A DNA stretch of 64,000 nt from Porphyridium purpureum (GCA_008690995.1 VRMN01000003.1:248001-312000), one strand, 5' to 3'; shown: positions 8,177-23,647, counted from the first letter of the stretch. Numbers and translations: made by a program. Notes: generated from the sequence alone by a model not told the origin.

Positions 8177-11100
8177 AGAGGTTCCTCGGACAGTCAGAGG
8201 GAAAGGAGGCTCGCACACGTTACGAGACCTCTAGGGGCGGTAATGAAGACCGCTGTGGTGGCCTTGGTAAGCCAAGGTCTGGCTGTCCGACACCTTGTGG
8301 GCGAAACTCGAGCGCAAATCAGCCCGTGATCAAGGAACTTGGAGGGATGGGAGCTGCCATGCTTCTTCGAGTTCGAGGAAAAGTGCACAAGTCCGACGGA
8401 GAGGCCACGTTTTTGATTGACAGTGGCGCGACGGACAACTTTATGAGCGTGGACTTTGTGCTGAAATCCGACGGCCTGAAGCAGAAGGCGTCGTGGAAGA
8501 GAGATCATGTGACCCTAGCGGATGGGTCTGTATTGGAAACAGCCGGAGAAGTTTCCAATGTCAAGTTTGAACTGAGCGATGGGTACTCAGGGACCGCTAC
8601 CTTTGCCATTTGCCGGATTGCGGGACAAGACGCAATCTTGGGCATGGAGTGGCTGAAGCGGGAGAACCCAGTGATTGATTGGCAGTCTGGCATGTTGGCC
8701 TACGGAGAGAAAAAGGCCTGGAGCATGACGCAGATGCTGGTGCCACGGAAAGAGCTCCGTCGGCTGTTGAAGAGTCAGGAGGTAGAAGAGTGCTACCTCG
8801 GCGTGCTGAAAGGAAGGGAGAAGCCCTGTTCAGTGGAGCGCAAAGAAGCTGACTCTGTGAGAAAGATGCTCAAGGATTTCGAAAATCTGTTCGAGGAGCC
8901 ACGTGGGCTGCCTGAGAGCCGAACAGTGGAGCATGTGATTAGGCTGAAAGATGAGAAGCCTGTGAGAGTGGGCAGGGTCTACCGACTGAGCCCTGCGGAG
9001 TTGAAAGTCCTCCGAGAGACTTTGGATGACTTGCTGGACAAAGGATTCGTCCAGCCGAGTCAGAGCCCCTTTGGAGCACCCGTGCTGTTCGTGAAGAAGA
9101 AAGACGGCAGCATGAGGATGTGCGTCGATTATCGGGCGTTGAACGACGCAACTGTGAAGGACCGGTATCCGTTGCCAAACATGGATGAGTTGCTGGATCG
9201 ACTGGGCGCAGCTCACTGTTTCTCAAAGTTGGATTTGGCATCGGGATACCACCAGTTGCGTGTTCGGGGAGAGGACGTGCCGAAGACCGCGTTCCAGACC
9301 AGGCACGGACAGTTCGAGTTCCGTGTGATGCCGTTTGGTCTTTGCAACGCGCCGGCAACTTTTCAGAGGGCCATGAACGAGCTGTTTGCAGATCTGCTGG
9401 ACAAGACCGTCATTGTCTACTTGGACGATATTTTGGTCTTTACCAAGGATAGGCAGTCGCACGGCGAGGTCCTGAAGGAAGTGTTGTCGCGCTTGCAAAA
9501 GGCAGGGTATCGTTTGAAGCGCAAGAAGTGCAGCTTCTTCGTTTCTGAAGTCGAATACCTGGGAAACATTGTCGGTAACGGTTGTGTGAAGATGGATCCA
9601 CGGAAGGTGGAAGCTTTGAAAGATTGGCCAGTGCCAAAGACGGTGACGGAGTTGAGATCTTTTTTGGGAATGACAAACTGGTTTCGCAGGTTTGCCAAAG
9701 GATACTCTACCGTCGTGGCGCCGCTGACTTCGCTGTTGCAGAACGCAAAGTCGAAGAAGCAGCTGATCGAACTGGGAGATGAAGGCAAGTCGGCCTTCAA
9801 GAAGATTGTGGGGGTGTTGACGGAAGCGCCGGTGTTGGCCTTGCCAGACCCTGAAAAGCCATTCGAGGTGTACACAGACCGCTCCGAAGTCGCGGTGGGG
9901 GGATGGCTGGCGCAGGAAGGCAGACCGGTCGCGTTTACGTCAAGGAAGCTGCTGGACCGAGAGACCAGGTACAGCAGCTATGAAGGTGAGCTCATGGCCG
10001 TCATTCACTGTCTGCGAGAGTTTCGACCTTATCTGTACGGAGCACAGTTTGTGCTTCATACAGATCATGAGGCGTTGAAACATTTGATGACGCAGAAGGA
10101 GCTGAATGGCCGGCAAGCACGGTGGCTGGACTTTTTAGCCGAGTTTGACATCACGATCGACTATGTGAAGGGAAAGTCGAACGTGGTAGCCGATGCTTTG
10201 TCGAGGAAGCCAGAGTTACATGCGCTAGAGTACCAAGTTCGGTGTGATGAATTTGGTGCGGGTTTCCAGGCATTCGTGGGTTCGTACTCGAGCGACCCAG
10301 ACTTTGGTACTTTGATGGGTGACTTACCGACCCACCAGGGTTTTCGAACCGAAGCTGGGCTCTTGTACTTGAGGAATCGCGTTTGCGTGCCGAGGAAGTT
10401 CAGAGAGCGTGTCATGCAGCTCCACCACGATATCCCGACAGCAGGACACCGTGGAGCCGACACGACGTATGCATCTTTGATCACTCGCTTCTACTGGCCA
10501 AAGATGAAGCGGGACGTGAGCCGTTTTGTGAAGACTTGTCACGCGTGCCAAGTGACAAAGTCAGAGAATCGGTCGTTTGGAAAGCTGAAGCCCTTGTCGA
10601 TCCCAGAAGGACCTTGGGTCGACATTTCGATGGACTTTGTGACGGAGCTGCCTCGGAGCGAAGGCAGCTGTGATGCAATTATGACTGTGGTGGATCGCTA
10701 TTCGAAGATTGCGCTGTTCATCCCGACGCGCAAGGACTTGACAGCAAAGCGTTGTGCTGTCTTGTTCGTGAAGCACGTCGTGAGCCGTTTCGGATACCCC
10801 AAGTCAATTGTATCGGACCGAGATCCGCTGTTTACGTCCACGTTTTGGCAGCAGTTGAGCAAGCGGGTGGGCATGAAGTTGGCTATGTCTACCGCCAACC
10901 ACCCGCAGACAGATGGCCAAACTGAGCGAGTGAACCGCGTGATTCGGGAAATGCTCAAGTTGATGGCGACGAATAGTGGCTGGGTGCGAGACTTGCCGTT
11001 GTACGAGTTTGCGTACAACTCTGCACCAAGCAGTGCCACTGGATTCGCGCCGTTCAAAGTGGTGTATGGAAGGGATCCTTGGTTTCCACCGAGCGAAGGG

Positions 11101-11553
11101 TGGACGCCTGCGCGCCACGGACAGACGAAGGACATGGCGGAGCACTGGTTTCGCCTGTGCAAAGTCCATGAAGAAGTCCGCGACAATTTGATCGAAGCCC
11201 AGGGGAGAATGCAGAAGTTCTTCGATCGACGCAAGGATGCCCGGGAGTTTCAAGTTGGTGATCAAGTGTTGATCACGGCGCCGCAATTGCGGCCGAACAA
11301 GAGTGATTTGGCGGCACCAAAGTTTCTTGGTCCGGTGCCTGTCATTGAGAAGGTAAGCTCGCATGCTTACCGAGTGATTTTGCCCGAGGGTGTGGCTTGT
11401 CATGATGTTTTTCCGATCCAACATCTGAAGCCATACTATGGACGCGAAGACTACATGGCAGGGGAAAATGATGAAGAAGTACCCGACGATCTGCCAGCGT
11501 CCAATTCTGAGCCAGACTTGTTGAAAATTATCGAAGAGTCTGACTCTGAATGA
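8062..11553 (+). CDS. pol: Pol polyprotein, copy 2
   Basis: Same length (1163-codon frame) and motifs as copy 1, with about 20 amino-acid differences. Confidence 0.96.
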   Translation: MLELWKAGTHREEVSRGKEDYPAAGGRLAGVKKRGARVERFLGQSEGKEARTRYETSRGGNEDRCGGLGKPRSGCPTPCGRNSSANQPVIKELGGMGAAMLLRVRGKVHKSDGEATFLIDSGATDNFMSVDFVLKSDGLKQKASWKRDHVTLADGSVLETAGEVSNVKFELSDGYSGTATFAICRIAGQDAILGMEWLKRENPVIDWQSGMLAYGEKKAWSMTQMLVPRKELRRLLKSQEVEECYLGVLKGREKPCSVERKEADSVRKMLKDFENLFEEPRGLPESRTVEHVIRLKDEKPVRVGRVYRLSPAELKVLRETLDDLLDKGFVQPSQSPFGAPVLFVKKKDGSMRMCVDYRALNDATVKDRYPLPNMDELLDRLGAAHCFSKLDLASGYHQLRVRGEDVPKTAFQTRHGQFEFRVMPFGLCNAPATFQRAMNELFADLLDKTVIVYLDDILVFTKDRQSHGEVLKEVLSRLQKAGYRLKRKKCSFFVSEVEYLGNIVGNGCVKMDPRKVEALKDWPVPKTVTELRSFLGMTNWFRRFAKGYSTVVAPLTSLLQNAKSKKQLIELGDEGKSAFKKIVGVLTEAPVLALPDPEKPFEVYTDRSEVAVGGWLAQEGRPVAFTSRKLLDRETRYSSYEGELMAVIHCLREFRPYLYGAQFVLHTDHEALKHLMTQKELNGRQARWLDFLAEFDITIDYVKGKSNVVADALSRKPELHALEYQVRCDEFGAGFQAFVGSYSSDPDFGTLMGDLPTHQGFRTEAGLLYLRNRVCVPRKFRERVMQLHHDIPTAGHRGADTTYASLITRFYWPKMKRDVSRFVKTCHACQVTKSENRSFGKLKPLSIPEGPWVDISMDFVTELPRSEGSCDAIMTVVDRYSKIALFIPTRKDLTAKRCAVLFVKHVVSRFGYPKSIVSDRDPLFTSTFWQQLSKRVGMKLAMSTANHPQTDGQTERVNRVIREMLKLMATNSGWVRDLPLYEFAYNSAPSSATGFAPFKVVYGRDPWFPPSEGWTPARHGQTKDMAEHWFRLCKVHEEVRDNLIEAQGRMQKFFDRRKDAREFQVGDQVLITAPQLRPNKSDLAAPKFLGPVPVIEKVSSHAYRVILPEGVACHDVFPIQHLKPYYGREDYMAGENDEEVPDDLPASNSEPDLLKIIEESDSE

Positions 11554-11672
11554 CTTGGGAATTGTCAAAAGTTTGCTAGGCAGAGGTTTTCTCCCGGAGC
11601 GCGGGTTCCTCGAGCCAAGAATGCAACTTAGTTTGAAGTCTCGCCGAGACGTCGAGCCAAGAGGGGGGGAGA

Positions 11673-11965
11673 TGTTATCCGTTCGACCCCAGTCACCTAG
11701 AACGGTTCGGTTAATCCGAAACCGGTAAGCCGTTAAACCGGTAGACCGTTTAACCGTTTCTAGAAGCTTCTAGAGGTTCCAGAACCTTCTAGACGCGCGC
11801 AGAAATGCCAATGGTTTGCATTGTCATTTCTCTTGGCGCCTTGCTGTCCCTAGCGGAAGTAAGGGTATAAAAAGGCGACGCGCCTGCCCGGACTAGCCGG
11901 TCAGGTCTTGCTCGGAGACAGAAGAGGTAAGAAGAAGCAGAGTAAAAGGCACAGCATTGGTAACA
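11673..11965 (+). repeat. LTR 3 (3')
   Basis: Preceded by a PPT and followed by the CATGG TSD. Confidence 0.95.
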
Positions 11966-12505
11966 CATGGTTGGCGCGGGCTCAGGGCCTCGCGTTCGCT
12001 GATAAGTCTTGTTGTACCCGTGCGGCCCGTCCAGCCGAAAGATCTTTTCATCCGAGAAGATGACATTCTTCCAAAACGATAGCGGCTTGTGGACGTATTC
12101 TCGAGCAAATGCAAGCCGCTTGACTCGGTTCTTTTCCGAAATGAAGAACTTTCGCCTCTGTGCGATAATACGAACCTCTGGTGATCTCTGCAGGATACGA
12201 CGAACAGTTCTCGCACTGCACGCAAGCTGCAGCTCCGTCACTGCCTGTGCAGACGTCAATCTATCCGTAATGACGTGCCGAATCAGGCGACGCTCCAATT
12301 TCGGCGATATTGTCCGCGCCGGTCCGGGCTTCTTGAAAACCCTTTTCTTGCCTCGATTCTTCAGAAATCGCTCCACAGTCTTGTACGATGGTCGGGTCTT
12401 GTCTGGTCGCGGACGAAGGCGTGCTGCAATGGCCCGCGGCGTCAGACAGAGCCGGTGCAGAGCGTCAATCTGGCCTTTCTCAAAGTCGGAGAGCCGTGGT
12501 GCCAT
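11966..12505 (-). pseudogene. Tc1 transposase, N-terminal half (paired-like HTH DNA-binding domain + first catalytic D)
   Basis: MAPRLSDFEKGQI...GPARTIS...SARTVRRIL...RLAFAR..W.NVIFSDEKIF. Joins in frame with 847-1341 once the insertion and one TSD are removed (~344 aa). Confidence 0.92.
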
Positions 12506-12742
12506 ATTTCCGATGCTTGCGGTTGCTGGACTTGGTCGCGATCGTATGCCCGAGTGCAGTAGATGCGCTGGTCTTCTTGCACATGTCTTGAACCCCTCCA
12601 TGGCCTCACGGGGTCCCGCAAAAGCGCGCGCTTACCTCTGACCTGAGGAACAAAAATATGTTAAAAAAGGTATAAACATTGATTTTATATGAAAACGCTC
12701 GTTTTTACTATAAAACTGGAGTTCAGACCTTGAAATTGCACC

Positions 12743-12768
12743 TGGGACAACCATCTTGGCCAGGAGTG
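12743..12768 (-). repeat. Tc1 right terminal inverted repeat
   Basis: Reverse complement CACTCCTGGCCAAGATGGTTGTCCCA, followed outside by TA. Confidence 0.9.
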
Positions 12769-12833
12769 TAGAGTTGCAGGTGGATGCGGATTTAGCTGGA
12801 CGCAGAGCGCGGTGACGTGCGCTCAAGCTCGGT

Positions 12834-14399
<1,566 letters not shown>

Positions 14400-16919
14400 C
14401 TATGAGCAAGCTTCCGTGGGCAAGCGCTCGCTGTTGGAACACATGTTTGAAGCAGAGAAGATTGGGTAAGCCTGCGTTTATGAACATCTTGAACACTATC
14501 TGCAAACAGCCGCGCGCTGCTTGCATTCTGCGGAACGCGCACCCACCAGCATTAGACGAATGGGCCACGCTGACGAGCAGACGCTACGTCTAGGCCGATC
14601 GATTCTGTTCGTTCTTCCCCGGAAAGGAAGTCGGCATTGCCACATAAGCCCGTCATCGTATGGATTCCATTCTATACATTTTGGATGGGACACAAAGGTA
14701 CATCCTGTGGAGTAATGCATCCGTCTTCATCACCACCAGCTCTGGATTCATCAGCTTTCTCATCCATACTTCCCAGCTCCTTGCAAGTTTGTGGAATTCA
14801 CCTCGCGTTGGGCAACGAAAGATTTCTGGGCTCTCAACTTCTGCTTCGGAGAACGACACGCCTACAAGAACAAGCACAAGGCAAAATGCGTAGAGCCTGT
14901 CAGCTCGCTCGCATCAAGTCTGGTTGCAAAGCATCTGCATGGCTGAAGATATTTTGTAGCGCAGAAGAATGCACGGATAGCGACGTGCTGGGCTGCGCTA
15001 ACCTTCCGATGTCGCTCGTTTCGCTCTTGTGAATTGATTCACCCATGGTTCTGCCCCATGCATCGGCAAATCGACTCCTCCTCAAAGCATGACATCGTGT
15101 TTGTCTTTGCTCTACTTTGCCTCTTTCCCTTGCGCGACATTTTGTGTTCCTTTCAGCAAGCGAAACTCCCCGAATGTATCGATGTGCTTTCCAGATGGAA
15201 GCCTCCCTGTCGCTTGCATGCTCCCGTATCATTGCATATTCATTCGGCCTGCGTCCAAACGCTTGTACGGACCCGTGCCGATTTAGCACATGCACTTCGC
15301 TGACGAAGATCCAACGGCAAGCCATCCAGCAGAGCTTCCTGATCCAGCAGAGACGACACCGAACCTTGGAATGAAATCCTGCGATGCGTGCCAAGCACGT
15401 GACGGCATGTCGCTCGCACACGTCGTGGAGAAGGCATGCACGACTCCACCCAGAACGAACGACGCGTCCTGCTTTGACCATGAGGACCGACCGAACTGAT
15501 GCGCAAAACACTATCACCGTCAGTGGTCTGCAGGTACAGCAGCATGTGACAGTGAAACCGACTTGCTCACACGACATTCGCATGACCACCTCGCGGACAA
15601 ACGTCCGCGCTTGGGGGTGGGAGATATTCTGTACGGACAAAAACCAACACTTGCAGGGGTCAAGCCAGCGAATAACAGTCGCCGAATTGCTGTGAACCAT
15701 AATCATTCTGGCAACGCGACATTCAGGTGCCGTGAACATGCGCACATGAGAAAGACTGACGCAGTATGGTTTCCTTGCGGACGGCTGGTGGCACCAGAGG
15801 TGCACGCACCCACGCGCAGTTCTGCATCTCGTCCGATTTTGCACACATACCTACAACTTGAAGCTGGTAGCCTGACTCTGTGCGCGCAGCCTCGTCACTG
15901 TCTTAAACCGTGCCGCGCTTTGTGGACTCAAAAGAAGCGTGCAACTCTGCGTGCGAACTTCATCGCGTCCATCGCTGCGCAATTGGACACAGCAGCTAGA
16001 AAAAGCTGAAGGAGGCGCAGGACGAAAGGAAAAGGAACAGGTAACGGGACGACACATTTGTGTTGATGAGCCGGAATCTGCGCGAAGAGCGACCGTCTCG
16101 GCAGGCGCAATCGATCAGCAAAGGTGCATCTTACCGAACAGCTCCGATCCTTCTCCTGTATCTCACTGAAAATATTGGCAGATTTCTGTTCACTACGTAA
16201 AGTCAGGCGTGGAGATTCTGAAGGCACGCCAAACACCGGCGAGCAAGAACGTCCAGAATCCGAAGCGGCGCTCTTCTACAATTCCGCACCGTCGCGGAGC
16301 GTCGGCTGCAGGTCCGTATGTCACTTGGCTTCGGAGTCGTACAACCGTGTCCAACAAGAAAGCTTGGGTCAGAGAGCATCTCACGACGAAAAGGTCCATT
16401 GTCGGATACAGGTCGACATGATAGCGCAGCGAAACTCAGTGCGCGTAAAATCATCGATGTCTGTGGTCTTGTCGGCGCCATCCTCTGCTCAGAGTGAGGA
16501 ACCAGGGCGACAATGTCACGGTACGCAATGAGAGCGTCTCGCAGCACGCGAACCAAGTAAGCGTGAGTTCCGGTCACTTGCTTGCTTCACCAGGCTAGGT
16601 TCTCCCGTGAGCCACGTTGGTGTTTCACGTTTGCGGGAAAAAGAACTGACATCAAAGCCCTCCGGAGCACGCCTCTGCTTGCGCAGGACGCGTGTTTATA
16701 TTTACACGGCAGATGAAACCTTTCTCGAGGTACCACGCACTGTCCAACCAAGGCTCTTAGTTTGGTTCACTTTCTGCACGTATGCAAATCGTCCTCGCAA
16801 CTGTCCTCACAAAGGTGGAGAGCCTTGACAAATATTTATTTACTCATCCACGTGCGCCCATCTGCTCTCTCTTTGTCTGATTCTTTAGCCGACGTTTCCC
16901 GGCTGTCAAAATTGGTTTG

Positions 16920-19755
<2,836 letters not shown>

Positions 19756-20397
19756 TTATGTACATGCATGCATCCATGCATCCATCCATCCCCATGCCAC
19801 CGCGTGTATAAACCCGCGTTGAACCTGAATGTACGATGCCAACAAAGTTTGGTTGCGAGGACCAAACAGGCGAGTGCTGCTGCACACGCGGATTGTACAC
19901 ACACACGCCTTGTGTCTGCTGGTGTGAGTCCGCGACGCTCGCTCGTTTCTATTGCAGCGCCCCGATTCTCACCACGTCCCCCCGTGGCCTCCGCCGCCCG
20001 CCAAAAGAAGGAAAGGAAATAAAATAAAATTAGGAATGCATCAGCATTTTCCTCCCTTTCTCTTTTCGGGACACGGAACCGTGGACACACACACTCATGC
20101 ACAGGTCTAGCGGCTCGACACTCCACGCGCACCGGGTACATAAAACAAGCAAGAGCTGGTTCAGTTCATATCCGCACACGTCACGCGGACAAGAAGTTTA
20201 AAAATGGCTCACAGTCCTCGTAACTCACGCCGCTGTACCGTCTCAACGGAACCGGCCGCCACGAAACCCTAGAGCGCAACGAATCGTGCGTTCTCGTTTA
20301 GTGAGTTCGTGGTTTGTCCTGAGTTCACGCGCGGCGTGCGCGAGCCACGGCGTCCGCACCAGGTTGTCAAATACAGGGAACGGAATGACTCGGCCTC

Positions 20398-21453
20398 TCA
20401 TGCGAGACGACTGCCAACGTTCAACAACCCATGCACAATGGATAACGTCAAGACCGAGCCGAACAGCTTCCTCTTGAGCGACATGCGTATCCTGCCGCCG
20501 AAAAGCACTTCGAGAAACTCAGACACATATGAAATGGTAGACATCGCACCAAGCACTGTGTCCACCGCATAAAACAGCGAACGAACGAGGAGACGCCGAC
20601 GCGCGCGGTCCTGCTCCGTCCGCATTACACTGAACTGACTTCCAGTGTGCACACCCATGGCCGATAGATCCTCCACGGTAACCCCGCCGCCAAGAACGCC
20701 CGCCGACCTTTCGCTGGGCGAGCCTCGCAAGAAATCTGTGTCCCTTCTCAAGCGTTGAATGTATTCCGTGCGTTGCGCAGGCTCCAACTGGGCCGACTTG
20801 ACGTACCCGTCTAGGATTGTCTGCAGCGCAAAGTTGGTTGGCAGTTCCCGTGCGGAGCCGACCGGGACGTCCGCGCGACACAGAGGACAGCTTGGCGGCT
20901 GCTCATTGTACAGACTTGCATGATGCAAAAGACATTCTATGCAAAAATAACAGGCCGAATGGCCGCACACCAAGACTTTGGGAATGACGAGAACGTCCAG
21001 GCAAATTGGACAATCGAAACACGCCGTTACAGCGGCTGGGTCCAAGTAGATGCCTGACTCTGCCACCGGGCGAAGAGCAGTCGGGGTGCTTGCAGCTGAA
21101 GCTGCCATGTTACCGCCATGGTCCCAGTCTGCGCTGCTACCGTGTTCGTACGTTTGAACGCTGCTCACCGCGCTTTCGCCTGTGTCTTCCAGCGAACCAC
21201 CGCCCACACTCGGGCAGTCCGAGTCGCTCCTACTGTCCTCTGAATTTCTCACAAAGGTTTCGCCCCGTCCATGACTTCTGCGACGTACATGCGGCCGCCG
21301 TCTATACTGCCGATACAACGCCCGGTACGACAAGGTCGACGGCGCGCCCACGCTAGCTTCCCTCTCCCGCTGCAGCTGCAACGCGCGGGAATGCCAGCTC
21401 CGCGCCGCATAATTCGACGGCGACGGCGACGGCGACCCTTCCGACCTGGACAT
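20398..21453 (-). CDS. C3HC4 RING-finger protein (putative E3 ligase)
   Basis: CPIC...CGHSACYFC...CPLCR. Confidence 0.85.
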   Translation of the reverse strand: MSRSEGSPSPSPSNYAARSWHSRALQLQREREASVGAPSTLSYRALYRQYRRRPHVRRRSHGRGETFVRNSEDSRSDSDCPSVGGGSLEDTGESAVSSVQTYEHGSSADWDHGGNMAASAASTPTALRPVAESGIYLDPAAVTACFDCPICLDVLVIPKVLVCGHSACYFCIECLLHHASLYNEQPPSCPLCRADVPVGSARELPTNFALQTILDGYVKSAQLEPAQRTEYIQRLRRDTDFLRGSPSERSAGVLGGGVTVEDLSAMGVHTGSQFSVMRTEQDRARRRLLVRSLFYAVDTVLGAMSTISYVSEFLEVLFGGRIRMSLKRKLFGSVLTLSIVHGLLNVGSRLA

Positions 21454-21478
21454 TCTGCCTTGCTCTTACACACATACG

Positions 21479-21504
21479 CACACACACACACACACACACA
21501 CACA
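21479..21504. repeat. (CA)n microsatellite just upstream of the RING gene
   Basis: Direct reading. Confidence 0.9.
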
Positions 21505-22165
21505 ACACCTTTTGGTGTCACGACATCCTGCGTCTTCTTCCCCACGCCCTTCCCACCCACCGCCCATCCAATCGAAACGCGTGCCGAGCTGAACCGCGCG
21601 TGGGGAGCGCAAAGTACAGCGCTGAATCACGCCAACTGTACTCACACACCCACAGTACCCCCGTCTGTTCTTTCCAACTTTTTCTTCTCGCTTTTTTCGA
21701 ATCGATCCACTGTACTTCCAACGGCCTTTCCGCGTGTGTGGCCCGCGCTTTTTTGGCGTGTTGGGCCGCATTTTGTTTTCAAGTTTCGGTTTTCCGTTCT
21801 TATTTTGGCACGCGCGTTTCTCAGACCGGTTGGGTAGGTGGTGGTGGGCTGCTTGTTTTTGTGTGGCTCTGCGGGTCGCTGCGCGATTTTCGGCTCAAAC
21901 GGTCCCGATTTATCATTTTTGGCAGTTTGTTCTAGTTGAACTTTGGTCCCTCGCGGACAGTGGTGCCAGACTGCAAAGGAAAAGGCAGTGCCTGTGTGTT
22001 AATTTGGGTTGCGCTTTGAGTGAGAGGTGAGGAGCGGGGCAGTGGGAGAGAAGCATACGGCAAGGGAAAGGGTATCACGACAAACGTTAGCAACAGCGAC
22101 GTACGCGGCGTTGGCGCGGCAGAGAGTGGGTTGGTGGCGCTGTGTCGTGCGCCGCGTTTGCGAGC

Positions 22166-23647
22166 ATGGGTCAAATGATGAAGGACGTGATGGCGTCCGG
22201 CTGGCGCGTGGACGAAGTGCTTGCGATGCTGCGCTTCAAAGTAAAGGCATCGCGCGCGGGCACTGCGGCGCAGGCGCGAAGGCATGCGGGCGCAGCGGAC
22301 GCTGCAGCAGCTGCGCATTGGGACTTTTGCTACGAGTACCTCAAGCTTGTAAGCCGCTCGTTCGCGCTCGTGATCATGGAGCTGGATGACGAGCTGCGTG
22401 ACCCCGTGTGCATCTTTTACCTGGTACTGCGCGCGCTTGACACGATAGAGGACGACACTTCGCATGACGCGGAGCGCAGAATAGCACTGTGCAAGCAGTT
22501 CTACACATTTCTGGACGTCGCATCTGAGCAAAACGTGGCCGAGGTTGCGTTTCGTTCGTCGGAGTTTGGCAAGCTGCACGAGAAGGTGCTGCTCGAAAAA
22601 TTCCCCGTCGTGATTGAATGCTTCCGATCACTGGCCCCTAAATATCAAAGTGTGATCAGGGACATAACGCAGAAGATGGGCGCCGGCATGGCAGAGCACA
22701 TCCACGACAAAGAGTGCATCACGGTGGAAGAGTACGACACGTACTGCTTCTACGTGGCTGGCTTGGTTGGTCTCGGGCTCAGTGAAATGTTCGTCGTCAG
22801 CGGCCGTGAATCAGACTTCTTCACAAAGAACGAGCATCTGAGCATTTCGATGGGCTTGTTCCTGCAGAAGACAAACATCATTCGCGACTATCTGGAGGAC
22901 ATTCACGACGCGCGTACGTTTTGGCCAAAGGAAATCTGGAGCGCCCATGCACCAAATCAGTCCCTGGCTGACTTTAAGGACCCAGACAACCGCGTGCACG
23001 CAGTAGAGTGTTTGAACGCCATGGTTGCGGACGCACTGCGCCACGTTCCCGACTGCATCGAGTACATGAGCCAAGTGCAGAACGAGCATGTATTTAACTT
23101 TGTCGCCATTCCGCAGGTGATGGCAATTGGCACCATTTCAGAATGTCTGAACAACTCGCTCGTGTTTGAGGGTGTGGTCAAGCTGCGCAAGGGACTTACC
23201 GCGAAGCTCATCATGCAGACCAAGTCGATGCCGGCGTTGTCGAGCCTGTACTTTGACTTTGCGTGCGTGATGCAAAAGAAACTCGAGTCGAGTGATCCCT
23301 CGTACGAGCTGGTGTGCGACCGTCTCTCACAGGTCAAGGACTTGTCCGTTGCTTACATGAGGACGACGCCGAACCTCATGGTACCAAACTGGGTCGTCGC
23401 GATTCTGTCTGTGCTGCTCTCATATTATCTCGTGCAGCGCCGCCGTGAGCTCGACTTGGAAGGTCTGCCACACGGTGGATTGCCCTCTGGCCAGGACATG
23501 CTTGCGATGGCCGGACTGTTCTTGGGCGTCGCGTACATGCTTGGGTTCTTTGGACTTCAGTTCATGAAGCCGAGTATCATGCGAACAGGGAGCTCAGAGA
23601 ATGTTGGTGAGACGGTTCGATCTCCCAGAGCACTGCTGGTGAGGTAG
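22166..23647 (+). CDS. SQS: Squalene synthase (farnesyl-diphosphate farnesyltransferase)
   Basis: VSRSF, FYLVLRALDTIEDD, YC.YVAGLVG, MGLFLQKTNIIRDYLED, AIPQVMA; hydrophobic C-terminal anchor. Confidence 0.96.
   Translation: MGQMMKDVMASGWRVDEVLAMLRFKVKASRAGTAAQARRHAGAADAAAAAHWDFCYEYLKLVSRSFALVIMELDDELRDPVCIFYLVLRALDTIEDDTSHDAERRIALCKQFYTFLDVASEQNVAEVAFRSSEFGKLHEKVLLEKFPVVIECFRSLAPKYQSVIRDITQKMGAGMAEHIHDKECITVEEYDTYCFYVAGLVGLGLSEMFVVSGRESDFFTKNEHLSISMGLFLQKTNIIRDYLEDIHDARTFWPKEIWSAHAPNQSLADFKDPDNRVHAVECLNAMVADALRHVPDCIEYMSQVQNEHVFNFVAIPQVMAIGTISECLNNSLVFEGVVKLRKGLTAKLIMQTKSMPALSSLYFDFACVMQKKLESSDPSYELVCDRLSQVKDLSVAYMRTTPNLMVPNWVVAILSVLLSYYLVQRRRELDLEGLPHGGLPSGQDMLAMAGLFLGVAYMLGFFGLQFMKPSIMRTGSSENVGETVRSPRALLVR

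Larger units (their letters stand above)
1347..11965 (+). mobile_element. Tandem dimer of Ty3/gypsy LTR retrotransposons (LTR-int-LTR-int-LTR)
   Basis: Three 293-bp TG...CA LTRs at a 5163-bp period; CATGG TSD at 1342-1346 and 11966-11970; gag followed by PR-RT-RH-IN order. Confidence 0.97.
596..12768 (-). mobile_element. Tc1/mariner DNA transposon (DD34E, ~1.55 kb without the nested insertion), interrupted by an LTR retrotransposon array
   Basis: 26-bp imperfect TIRs at 596-621 and 12743-12768 (3 mismatches), flanked by TA at 594-595 and 12769-12770; split transposase inside. Confidence 0.93.

Noticed and set aside
14900..15844. 314-aa minus-strand ORF
   Set aside because: Cys/Arg/Val-rich composition typical of non-coding frames in GC-rich DNA; no motifs.
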